A stretch of 64,000 bases of DNA from an archaeon (GTDB taxonomy: Archaea > B1Sed10-29 > WALL01 > JAGHAM01), in the NCBI GenBank assembly GCA_021107635.1, contig JAIOSL010000038.1, forward strand, positions 3,512-67,511. Direction: 5' to 3'. Of this stretch, positions 55,328-64,000 are shown piece by piece. A model generated the notes under the pieces. The model saw only the letters and a program-made list of their open reading frames with translations. It made no database searches and was not told the DNA's origin. Each line of letters opens with the position of its first letter. The first letter of the stretch is position 1. A program made the translations under genes and the position numbers.

Positions 55328-57604
55328 ATGAAGGGTGTCTTACTAAACGTACAAAGCGAAAACTCGCTCATAAAGCTCTTCATAAAAAATACAGAAACCG
55401 GCAAAATAGAAATACTTGAAGATGATACATTCCAACCCTACTTTTACCTTCAAACTGATGTACCAGAAGAAGCTGAAAAACTAGGACCAGGACTCAAAAA
55501 AATAGAAAAAGGCAAAATGCTTAAAATAATCACTGAAGGTCCTGGAGACGTTCCAATACTAAGAGAAAAAGCAGCAAAACTAGGCGAAATCAGAGAATAT
55601 GACATTCCATACACACAACGCTACTTGATAGATAAAGGCATCAAACCAATGAAACGCTACGAATGGCAAAGCCAAAACGGCAAACTAATCTCATACAAAG
55701 AATCACCAGGAGAATGGAAAATCACCAGACAAGCATTTGACATAGAAACATATAGTGCAGACGGCGTCTTCCGCATGGGAGAAGACCCAGTCATAATGGC
55801 ATCATTTTGGAACGACCTGCAAGGAAAAGTCCTCACATGGAAACCCTGCGACAAAGGCTTCGTCCAAATACTAAAAGATGAACAAGAACTAATAGAAGCA
55901 ATAAACAAAGAACTTGAAACCGTAGACGTAGTCTATACCTACAACGGAGACAACTTTGACCTACCATACATCAAAAAAAGAAGCGAAAAATTAGGCTTGA
56001 CCCACCAAATAAACGTCAAAAACGCAGGACCACGCCTAAAATCAATACTCAAAAAAAGCATTCACTTAGACGCATACACTGGCGTCAACTTCATGCGCGT
56101 AATCGGTTCACTACGCTTACCACGATACACCCTAGAAGACGTTTACAAAGAATTCACAGGAAAAGAAAAAATAGACATAGAAATACCAGACCTATGGGAA
56201 AACTGGGAAAAAGGACAACTAGACACAGTAACAGAATATTCCCTGCAAGACGCAGAAGCTGCCTATGTCATAGGTGAACGACTACTACAATTGTACATTG
56301 AGCTCGCTAAACTACTCAATCAAACAGTCTATGACGTCTCACGAATGAGTGCATCACAAATGGTAGAACTACTACTAGTAAAAAAAGCCTTCGAAAGAAA
56401 TGAAATCTCACCAAACAGACCAGACGAAAACGAATTCCGCACTCGCATCCGCGAACCAATCAAAGGAGCATTCGTACGCCAACCAGAAAGCGGACTCCAC
56501 GAAAACCTAGTAGTACTAGACTTCAGATCACTATACCCCTCAATAATAATCAGCCACAACGTAAGTCCTGACACACTGGACTCCAACGCAAAAGAAGCGT
56601 TTACTTCACCCAACGGATACAAATTCCGCAAAGACAAACGAGGCATCATTCCAGAAATGCTTGAAGAAGTCCTAAACAAACGTTTCGAAATAAAAACTAA
56701 ACTCAAACAAACCAAAGGAGAAGAACAAAAACGCTTAAACGCAGAACAACAAGCCCTGAAAATCCTAGCAAACGCCACATACGGCTACACACTTTACGCA
56801 AGAGCACGCTGGTACAGCCGAGAATGCGGAGAATCAATCACAGCATGGGGAAGACAATACATCCAAGATATCATAACAAAAGCAGAAGAAGCAGGATTCA
56901 AAGTACTCTATGGAGATACTGATTCGGTTTTTTTAAAGCGCGAGGGAAAAACCAAAGAAGAGGTTCTCACGTTCCTGAACGACTACAACAAGAAACTTCC
57001 CGAAGCCATGCAGCTTGAACTTGAAGGATTCTACACAAGAGGTATTTTCGTAACCAAACGCGAAGGCGGAGCAGCAAAAAAACGCTACGCACTCATCAGA
57101 GAAGACGGACAAGTAGAAATCAAAGGCCTTGAATTCGTGCGCAGAGACTGGAGCGCACTAGCAAAAAAAACCCAACGAAAAGTCATTCAAGCAGTCCTAG
57201 AAAACAAAATAGAAAAAGCCAAGGAAATAGTCTGCTCTACCATAGAAGACATTCGAGCAGAAAAAGTCCCAGTAGAAGAATTTGTCATTTACACGCAACT
57301 CAAACGCAGAATAAAACAATACACAGCCATAGGCCCACACGTCAAAGCTGCAATAAGACTTAAAGAAAGCGGTTCAAAAGTCAGAGTCGGCACAACCATT
57401 GGCTACGTAGTAACACGAGGCGCAGGAAATATTGGTGATAAAAGCCATCCAATACAATTAATCGGCTCGCGCAAACCAGATCCAGAATATTACATTTCGC
57501 ACCAAGTCTTGCCTGCAGTAATGAAAATTCTCGCAGAACTAGACATAAACGAAGACGATTTAAGCATAGGCGGAAAACAAAGCAGTTTAGATGCTTGGAC
57601 TTAA
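55328..57604 (+). CDS. polB: Family B DNA polymerase (archaeal), no intein
   Basis: Exo FDIET, YNGDNFD, YSLQD; pol DFRSLYPS, KILANATYGY, YGDTDS; C-terminal PIP box QSSLDAW. Confidence 0.97.
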   Translation: MKGVLLNVQSENSLIKLFIKNTETGKIEILEDDTFQPYFYLQTDVPEEAEKLGPGLKKIEKGKMLKIITEGPGDVPILREKAAKLGEIREYDIPYTQRYLIDKGIKPMKRYEWQSQNGKLISYKESPGEWKITRQAFDIETYSADGVFRMGEDPVIMASFWNDLQGKVLTWKPCDKGFVQILKDEQELIEAINKELETVDVVYTYNGDNFDLPYIKKRSEKLGLTHQINVKNAGPRLKSILKKSIHLDAYTGVNFMRVIGSLRLPRYTLEDVYKEFTGKEKIDIEIPDLWENWEKGQLDTVTEYSLQDAEAAYVIGERLLQLYIELAKLLNQTVYDVSRMSASQMVELLLVKKAFERNEISPNRPDENEFRTRIREPIKGAFVRQPESGLHENLVVLDFRSLYPSIIISHNVSPDTLDSNAKEAFTSPNGYKFRKDKRGIIPEMLEEVLNKRFEIKTKLKQTKGEEQKRLNAEQQALKILANATYGYTLYARARWYSRECGESITAWGRQYIQDIITKAEEAGFKVLYGDTDSVFLKREGKTKEEVLTFLNDYNKKLPEAMQLELEGFYTRGIFVTKREGGAAKKRYALIREDGQVEIKGLEFVRRDWSALAKKTQRKVIQAVLENKIEKAKEIVCSTIEDIRAEKVPVEEFVIYTQLKRRIKQYTAIGPHVKAAIRLKESGSKVRVGTTIGYVVTRGAGNIGDKSHPIQLIGSRKPDPEYYISHQVLPAVMKILAELDINEDDLSIGGKQSSLDAWT

Positions 57605-57798
57605 ATGCTTTGAACAACTTGAGCACACATTTGATTCCAAATGTACGGCTTCTCAATCTTCAAAACCTGTTGATTAGCATAACCTTTTTGCTTAGCCATT
57701 TCATCTAAACGATACAACACCCTATGCTTAGTAGCAGCATCCATCTGCTCAAACTTCTCAAGTGCCATTTGTTCCTGCAAACGCAAAGCATTTTCCAT
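57601..57798 (-). CDS. Hypothetical 65-aa protein
   Basis: AGGTGA SD before ATG. Confidence 0.6.
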   Translation of the reverse strand: MENALRLQEQMALEKFEQMDAATKHRVLYRLDEMAKQKGYANQQVLKIEKPYIWNQMCAQVVQSI

Positions 57799-57857
57799 TT
57801 AAATCACCTTTGTAAGTGAAATAATAATTCAAACAAGATATTTAAGACTTTGCCCGA

Positions 57858-58121
57858 TTAAAAACTCGTCTTCTTTTTGATTTCTTTTTTATGCCCAACT
57901 TTCAAAACATCTATTGTTTCCAAGGAAAAATCTATGTCCACAAGCACCCGATACTTTCCAGACCTCAACTCGTAGATTCCAAGTCCTTTCAAAAACTTAA
58001 AAAAGTGCCTTGGATTCTCTGCTGCTTCTCTCAGCTTTTCTTCAATCCTCTTTTTTGGCAATCGCTCAAACTGTTTATCCACTTTCTTTGGTATTCTCAC
58101 TAAAAAAGCCAGTGACTCCAC
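57858..58121 (-). CDS. RelE/ParE-family toxin
   Basis: ENPRHFFKFLKG..YELRSGKYRVL..VLKVGHK; start uncertain. Confidence 0.8.
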   Translation of the reverse strand: MESLAFLVRIPKKVDKQFERLPKKRIEEKLREAAENPRHFFKFLKGLGIYELRSGKYRVLVDIDFSLETIDVLKVGHKKEIKKKTSF

Positions 58122-58142
58122 TCTCCCCCCAATTCTCAACTA

Positions 58143-58379
58143 TTACAACTTTCTGTATTTCCCATCTTTTATTTGCTTGCGAGAAACCATAATATCCTCA
58201 AGATCTTTCTCAGTCAAGCCATGCTCTTCCAAGAGAGACTTTTTTCTTGTCACAGCATCCCTCAGCAAGTCCCTGACCAATTCAGCCCTACTCCTGTAAA
58301 AGTTTTCTTTTTTGTACCTGTCTATCTCTTTCAGGAAATGTCCTTCAACCTCTACCTGTATCACACTCGTTTTAGTCAT
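58143..58379 (-). CDS. Ribbon-helix-helix (CopG-type) antitoxin
   Basis: VIQVEV..LKEID..YRSRAELVRDLLR; GAGGTGGTGA SD; upstream of RelE-like gene. Confidence 0.8.
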   Translation of the reverse strand: MTKTSVIQVEVEGHFLKEIDRYKKENFYRSRAELVRDLLRDAVTRKKSLLEEHGLTEKDLEDIMVSRKQIKDGKYRKL

Positions 58380-58554
58380 TTTTCACCACCTCAAAGCATA
58401 CAGTATAATTTACGATATCTCATATAAAAAGGTTATTGATTTCATATGAAAAAACAATGAACTAGATAGAATCAATCCTCTTGAAGAAGTCTATTAGCAT
58501 CCACGCGCACAATAAAAAAAACTATATAAACATTGCTTATCAAGAATAAGGATT

Positions 58555-59451
58555 ATGCCAGACAAAAAAGAAAAAACCGAAGAAGAACAATTCCACGAAG
58601 CAGGAAAAATAAGCTATTCTGCCCTACAAACAGGTGCCAAAAAAATCAAGAAAGGCGCGCGACTATTAGACGTCACAAAAGCCGTAGAAAAAAAGATTAA
58701 AGACCTAGGCGGAGAAATGGCCTTCCCAGTAAACATCTCTCAAAACGAACGCGCAGCACACTACACTTGTCCAGCAGGAGATGAAACTGTTTTTGGACTA
58801 GACTTAGTCAAACTGGACGTAGGCGCGCACATAGATGGATACATAGGAGATAACGCACTCACTGTTGACATAAGTGGAAAGAACACTAAACTTGTGAAAG
58901 CAAGTGAAGACGCACTTAAAAATGCTGTGAATGCAATTGCTCCAGGCGTTAAAAATATTGAGATAGGCACAATAATCCAAGAAACTATTGAAAAAGCAGG
59001 ATTCAAGCCAGTAGAAAACCTTTGTGGTCACGTTATACAACAAAACTTGTTACACACAGGACTTTCAATTCCAAACATGTCCTTTGGAAGTGAATTTGAA
59101 ATAGAAGAAGGCATGATTATCGCTATCGAGCCGTTCGCAACACTAGGAAGAGGACATGTAACAGAAGACCGTCAAGTAGAAATATTCTCACTTGAAAAAC
59201 CAATGCCCGTGCGTAACGCAGAAGCAAGAAAAGTACTTGCTTTTGTGATGGAAAATTATCAATTTCTTCCGTTCGCTGAACGCTGGCTGGAAAACGTTGC
59301 TTCTGGATTCAAACTAAAAGTCGCACTGAAAGAACTTGTTACTCGAGGAGTATTCGCAAGCTATCCAGTACTAAAAGATATTGATTTAGTATCGCAAACA
59401 GAATGGACTATCATAGTAACAAAAGATGGTTGCGAAAGAACGACAAAGTAG
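58555..59451 (+). CDS. map: Methionine aminopeptidase type II
   Basis: AFPVNIS, AAHYT, KLDVGAHIDGYIGD, NLCGH, AIEPFAT. Confidence 0.96.
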   Translation: MPDKKEKTEEEQFHEAGKISYSALQTGAKKIKKGARLLDVTKAVEKKIKDLGGEMAFPVNISQNERAAHYTCPAGDETVFGLDLVKLDVGAHIDGYIGDNALTVDISGKNTKLVKASEDALKNAVNAIAPGVKNIEIGTIIQETIEKAGFKPVENLCGHVIQQNLLHTGLSIPNMSFGSEFEIEEGMIIAIEPFATLGRGHVTEDRQVEIFSLEKPMPVRNAEARKVLAFVMENYQFLPFAERWLENVASGFKLKVALKELVTRGVFASYPVLKDIDLVSQTEWTIIVTKDGCERTTK

Positions 59452-59474
59452 GTGCCAAAAAACATTGGCACCTA
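59449..59474. terminator. Perfect 10-bp hairpin between convergent genes
   Basis: TAGGTGCCAA-AAAACA-TTGGCACCTA. Confidence 0.55.
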
Positions 59475-59484
59475 ACTTGCTTAA

Positions 59485-59931
59485 TTAAATGTTCTTCTGT
59501 TTTTCAGCTATATTGCCAATAACAGGTAGCTTGAACATTGCTCCCTGGTATGCCTTGAACATCAAGAATATCCAAAGCAAAAAGAACACTAATACCAAGA
59601 GAAGCCAAGCTAGTAAAGTTACGAGCGAGAAAATTCCGGCGATGGCAGGAGAAATCATTGCTAAGATTATTGAAAGAATAGTTAAACCGACTCCTAAAAC
59701 AATGCTTAAAACGAACACACCTACTGCGAGCAGCATGCTTTGCATAGCATGAAATCTAACAAAAGTACTCTTTTTTTCAATGAAGAACAAGAGGAGACCG
59801 CTAACAAAACCAAAGAGATAAGCGAGTGCGCCTGCAAGGTTTTCTTCCATTCCAAGGCTTGATCCATTTTTTGCGTTTGAACCAACGCCTGAAGTTCTTT
59901 TTACGTTTGAGTTAACATTAGTAGTTTCCAT
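59485..59931 (-). CDS. DUF4870-like membrane protein
   Basis: ENLAGALAYL, FVRFHAMQS, KAYQG.FKLPVIG. Confidence 0.85.
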   Translation of the reverse strand: METTNVNSNVKRTSGVGSNAKNGSSLGMEENLAGALAYLFGFVSGLLLFFIEKKSTFVRFHAMQSMLLAVGVFVLSIVLGVGLTILSIILAMISPAIAGIFSLVTLLAWLLLVLVFFLLWIFLMFKAYQGAMFKLPVIGNIAEKQKNI

Positions 59932-59989
59932 TAAAAAACACCAAGTGGATATTTGAAAAGTTTCCTTCTTAAACCTTATGGAAGAAAAG

Positions 59990-60110
59990 CGGGCCCGAGG
60001 GGATTCGAACCCCTGATCTTCTGGTATCTTCCACCCAAAAAGGGAGGTCTCGAAACTGTAGGTTCCGAAGTCCGAAGCCAGATGCCTTATCCAAGCTAGA
60101 CTACGAGCCC
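59990..60110 (-). tRNA. tRNA-Arg: tRNA-Arg (TCG) with 46-nt intron at position 37/38 (60026-60071); CCA not encoded
   Basis: Acceptor GGGCTCG/CGGGCCC, anticodon arm TCTGG-CTTCGG..A-CCAGA, T arm AGGGG-TTCGAAT-CCCCT; BHB central helix CTTC/GAAG. Confidence 0.92.
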
Positions 60111-60175
60111 AACCCGTATTTTTTGGACTAACAGAGTTAATAAGCTATTCTATAAAAAAAAGGAAGGCGGGTTTT

Positions 60176-60490
60176 TTATTGTAAATCGAGTTCTAAACCG
60201 CCAATTCTACCAGCAACAAGATTGTAAACAAAGGCATATACCGCACCCATAATAAACGAGCCGATGGCATAACCAATTGTTGCTCCAACCCAGAATACAA
60301 GACCCATTATTATAGGGAATAAGCCTAATACTGCTGCGTCTCCAGCAAATTGACTTAAAATTGCTCCTAGGAACAAAGACCAAACAAGAATAAATAGAAA
60401 GTATATTCCTCCTATAATGAAGCCCATTACTGCACCTACGACTCCAGTAATCTTTGCTAGCGACATAACTCCAATACGTTTAAGAATCAT
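60176..60490 (-). CDS. DUF3566-like membrane protein
   Basis: LKRIGVMSLAK and YNLVAGRIGGLEL; GGAGGTGA SD. Confidence 0.75.
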   Translation of the reverse strand: MILKRIGVMSLAKITGVVGAVMGFIIGGIYFLFILVWSLFLGAILSQFAGDAAVLGLFPIIMGLVFWVGATIGYAIGSFIMGAVYAFVYNLVAGRIGGLELDLQ

Positions 60491-60604
60491 TTTTTCACCT
60501 CCAAAGTTGAATTAATAGAGCTTTCAGAGAACTAGTATTTAATGGTAGTACTAAAGCTCACACTAAAAAAAGATAAAAATAAGAAAAAAAGAGGGGTTGA
60601 AGCC

Positions 60605-61165
60605 TCATAGTTTAGGATATGTTTCGCCTAAAGCAGTAGCCATGTGAATGTACCCGGGTACCCAAAAGACTACACATTCTATTCCACCAATGATACCAGC
60701 AATCACATATGAGCTAATGTACTCTACAGTTAGTGCTTTACGGATGATGGTCCCAAAGGCAAACGCGCCACCCATGCTTCCATCGATTGCGTACTTCACA
60801 ATTGCAAGAGAACCAAATAAACCTCCAGCAAACAAGAGAATTCCGCCAACAGGAACTAGTAGAAATGCTATCATACCTAAATCTCCAAGAAGTAATCCTC
60901 CGGACATTCCTGCAAACATCAGTATGAAACCAGGTATCATATAAACAAACATTATTACCATGGATAGAATACCTGAAATTATCAGACCACCCCAATCACC
61001 CCATTCAGGAAGAGTGTAATCTCCTTGACTTGCGGTTTTAGCACATTTAAGCATATAACCGATTACTGCAAAATTTAGAATAGGAATAAACATGAAAACT
61101 ATCCCCATCACCAACGATTTTATATCAGTAAAAGGTCTTTTTGCTGCAACTTCAATATTATACAT
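60605..61165 (-). CDS. DUF4013-like membrane protein
   Basis: IPILNFAVIGY, LPEWGDWG; AGGTGA SD before MYNIE. Confidence 0.8.
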   Translation of the reverse strand: MYNIEVAAKRPFTDIKSLVMGIVFMFIPILNFAVIGYMLKCAKTASQGDYTLPEWGDWGGLIISGILSMVIMFVYMIPGFILMFAGMSGGLLLGDLGMIAFLLVPVGGILLFAGGLFGSLAIVKYAIDGSMGGAFAFGTIIRKALTVEYISSYVIAGIIGGIECVVFWVPGYIHMATALGETYPKL

Positions 61166-61223
61166 TAAAAAATCACCTTGATAACTAAGAAGACAAAACT
61201 CATTTATAAAGCTAAGCCCTTTT

Positions 61224-61667
61224 TCATGCTGTGAGTAATGAAGTGCCTTCAAATTCTTTGTTGCAGTAAACACAGATGAGTCGGAGAGGCTCTTTCTCAA
61301 CAGTGAACTTGGTTGTCACTGGCTCTCTATCCTTATTAGTAATACACTTGGGATTCAAACAAGTAAGAACACCAGAAACTTCTGTCGGAAGTTTCACAGG
61401 ACGCTTTTCCACAAGCTTGCCGTTTTTAATTATGTTCACAGTAGCAGAAGGAGCAATCAATGAAATTAAATCTAATTTTCGCTCATCCACATACACCCCT
61501 TCCATCTTAAGAATGTCCTTTTTCTTGTGTTTAGTGCTCGGCACGTTAACAGCAATGACTACTGTAGAGCTATTAGGACCACCCATAAGTTTAAGCACTT
61601 CTAAAGCTTTTCCGCCATCAATATGATCTATCACAGTGCCATTCTCAATGTGCTTTACCATCATCAT
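61224..61667 (-). CDS. pyrI: Aspartate carbamoyltransferase regulatory chain
   Basis: IENGTVIDHI, KKDILK, CLNPKCIT, CVYC. Confidence 0.96.
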   Translation of the reverse strand: MMMVKHIENGTVIDHIDGGKALEVLKLMGGPNSSTVVIAVNVPSTKHKKKDILKMEGVYVDERKLDLISLIAPSATVNIIKNGKLVEKRPVKLPTEVSGVLTCLNPKCITNKDREPVTTKFTVEKEPLRLICVYCNKEFEGTSLLTA

Positions 61668-62566
61668 TACTTACCACCTCTCAAAGCTAATTGAATAAGA
61701 GCCATTCTCGTTGGAACTCCATAATATGCTTGTTTGAAATATATGCAACGCGAGTCACTATCACAACGCCAATCAATTTCATTAACCCTTGGCAAAGGAT
61801 GCATCACAATCGCATCTTTTTTCATTGTTTCTAAAATTTTAGGAGTAATCTTATACACACTTTTCAATTTTTCATACTCGGTCGGATCAGCAAAACGCTC
61901 TTTCTGAATGCGCGTCATATAAACAACATCTGCATCTTCAAGCTCTAGCTTGCCAGTTTCATGATATTTCCCTTTCTTGAATTCGTTTGGAATAGCCAAT
62001 GCTTCTGGCGCGATAAAAGTGAATTCAATGCCTTTAAAGTAATTGTTAAAAGCTTTGCAGAGCGAGTGCACTGTCCTGCCGTACTTTAAGTCTCCAATCA
62101 TAGCTACTTTAAGGTTGTCTAAACGTCCTTTCTCTTTTTTGATTGTGAACAAATCAAGCATTGTTTGAGTAGGATGCTCTCTGGAGCCGTCTCCACCATT
62201 AATTATTGGCACGCTTGACACTTCACTAGCTAGCTGTGCAGCTCCAGGAAAAGGACTGCGCATTACTATCACATCAGAGTATTGTGCTACAGTGTTAACA
62301 GTGTCTGCAATGGTTTCAGCTTTTGCCATTGACGTGGAAGCTGGTTCAGCGAAACCCAGCACGCTTCCTCCAAGACGATTCATTGCAGATTCGAAGCTTA
62401 GGCGTGTTCGAGTGCTTGCCTCGAAAAACATTACTGCCATTATTTTGCCTTTCAGCGTGTCTAAAGCTTTGCCTTTCTGAAGCGCAGAATGCATTTTATC
62501 TGCTTCCGCTAAAACGTCAGTAAATTCTTTTTTAGAAAAATCACTAATTGAGATGATATCTTTCAT
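61667..62566 (-). CDS. pyrB: Aspartate carbamoyltransferase catalytic chain
   Basis: FFEASTRTRLSF, HPTQ, GDLKYGRTVHSL, MHPLPR. Confidence 0.97.
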   Translation of the reverse strand: MKDIISISDFSKKEFTDVLAEADKMHSALQKGKALDTLKGKIMAVMFFEASTRTRLSFESAMNRLGGSVLGFAEPASTSMAKAETIADTVNTVAQYSDVIVMRSPFPGAAQLASEVSSVPIINGGDGSREHPTQTMLDLFTIKKEKGRLDNLKVAMIGDLKYGRTVHSLCKAFNNYFKGIEFTFIAPEALAIPNEFKKGKYHETGKLELEDADVVYMTRIQKERFADPTEYEKLKSVYKITPKILETMKKDAIVMHPLPRVNEIDWRCDSDSRCIYFKQAYYGVPTRMALIQLALRGGK

Positions 62567-62634
62567 TGTCTTTTCCCCCGGCCTATAGAACTAGATTCAA
62601 TCTTACGAAAGACAAGTATAAAAAACTGTTGGAA

Positions 62635-64000
62635 TTATGGCGTGTACTCATAAAAATCTGCGTAAAAACCTTGAGCCCAAGGATTGTTTGACTCGACTCG
62701 CTCAACGAACGTGAAGTGCTCGCTTGAGTTTAAGAACGAGAGATTAGGATGCATATTTCCTTCAGGTTTGTGACCATAATAAGCAAACCAGCCCGTGTGG
62801 GGCATAAATTTGTCCAAGTCAGTGTAAATTCTTTCTTCGTAAGGCATGATTGGAATTGTTTTCTTTTGGCTGTAATAAGCTAAAGCCGCATAATCATAGT
62901 TGGAGTAGAGCACATAGCCTTCCGGCAAGTTTTCTTTCGCGTATAATCCTGCTACGGACGTGGTAGGGTCTCCCCACAAGGTGTAAATCCAGCTGGGAGT
63001 GGCAAAAAGAGTGTAAAAAACAGAAAGTAATAGTATTAAAACTATAAGAACGCCTTTCCAGTTGCGAGAAAGGAAAGAAGAGAAACCCTTGGAAGCGATT
63101 AAGACTAACGGTATGGAAACAGGGATGACATACCTAACTTCCTTGTGGGATATGAGAGTCATCCCAGCCAAGAAAACAAGAGCCATAGCAAGCAGAGCCA
63201 GAGTGCTTTTATGGACTTTCCTGGCTAGAGCATATAGTGTCAATCCAATTAGAGTCACGAAACCGCAAACCGTGAAAGCAGCTAGGATGTAGTAGAATGG
63301 ATTCAAAAGAGGGGTGTGGTTGACAGCATTTGTGGCAGATATAAACGGGAGAGCAAAAAAACCGAGAGTGAGCTGAGCCCACACAAAATACGGAAAAAGT
63401 GTTGCGAAAAAACCTTTTAGGACATTGATGAGTATCTTCTTGTCAATCTTTTTGAAGTAAAAGAAAATGAGGAACGTTGGAAGAATTATCAAAGAATTGA
63501 ACCTCATTAAAACAGCTAAAGCTCCAAAAAAACCTGCCAGGAAAGCCATTTTTTCGTTATTCTTAACAAGGAAGTATAAAGAAATTATCAAAAGAGTGAC
63601 AGCGGGAAAACCTGTGAGGATGAAATCTGAGAGCGTTATCAAATAATGAGAGAATGCCAGGATGAACGCCGCTATCAAACCTGTCACATCATCGTAAAGC
63701 TCTCTTCCCAGTAAGTATATGAATGGTATTGCAAGAGAAGAGATAAATGAAACAACCATTAATGCCATGAAAGGATCGTCCCAGAAAGGGGCTATTAGGA
63801 AAGAGATAAGAGGAGGACGGTAACTAAATTCGTTGTAGACATCCTGTCCAGTCCATAGAAGCTCTGCATTCAACAAGTAGACATACTCATCCCAAAAGTG
63901 GTTGTGCTGCCAAGACTCATTCTCGTTTAAAGGAGGAGCTCTGAGCAGAAAGCCTGACAAGAAAAGGAAAGCAATAGCTAGGAATAACAAATGCTTTCTC
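62635..64000 (-). CDS. GT-C fold glycosyltransferase (ArnT/PMT-like), start beyond window end
   Basis: WDEYVY, RPPL, HKEVRY motifs, multi-TM; frame open to window edge. Confidence 0.85.
   Translation of the reverse strand, partial: RKHLLFLAIAFLFLSGFLLRAPPLNENESWQHNHFWDEYVYLLNAELLWTGQDVYNEFSYRPPLISFLIAPFWDDPFMALMVVSFISSLAIPFIYLLGRELYDDVTGLIAAFILAFSHYLITLSDFILTGFPAVTLLIISLYFLVKNNEKMAFLAGFFGALAVLMRFNSLIILPTFLIFFYFKKIDKKILINVLKGFFATLFPYFVWAQLTLGFFALPFISATNAVNHTPLLNPFYYILAAFTVCGFVTLIGLTLYALARKVHKSTLALLAMALVFLAGMTLISHKEVRYVIPVSIPLVLIASKGFSSFLSRNWKGVLIVLILLLSVFYTLFATPSWIYTLWGDPTTSVAGLYAKENLPEGYVLYSNYDYAALAYYSQKKTIPIMPYEERIYTDLDKFMPHTGWFAYYGHKPEGNMHPNLSFLNSSEHFTFVERVESNNPWAQGFYADFYEYTP

Noticed and set aside
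55328..57604. Intein in PolB or viral/casposon polymerase
   Set aside because: Normal length, contiguous motifs, PIP box; no integrase, capsid or terminal repeats seen
59931..60176. Integrated element at tRNA-Arg
   Set aside because: No integrase and no duplicated tRNA 3' end noticed in the window

Overview
Archaeal chromosomal window, most likely from a DPANN lineage (inferred from archaeal PolB, PAC2, deoxyhypusine synthase, type II Map, an intron-containing tRNA, GGTGA Shine-Dalgarno motifs and giant surface proteins). About 50 kb is a cell-surface/contact region. It holds three type IV-pilus-like ATPase plus TadC-platform modules and about 12 class III (prepilin) signal-peptide genes, including an unannotated 42-aa one. 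It also holds an archaeosortase, two Cys-rich secreted proteins, three giant proteins (1569, 2877, 2297 aa), a run of eight small membrane proteins, and a P-loop-less, frameshifted HerA-like gene. Most unusual: a pilus ATPase fused to a 16-Cys polyferredoxin; a TadC platform with a pilin-like head; basic amphipathic inserts in acidic giant proteins; nested domain insertions with a domain apparently split across two genes; two genes apparently starting at ACG; and a 15-kb block of reversed strand skew. The right end is mostly housekeeping (polB, a toxin-antitoxin pair, map, tRNA-Arg, pyrBI, a GT-C glycosyltransferase). All family calls are by motif recognition; no searches were run.
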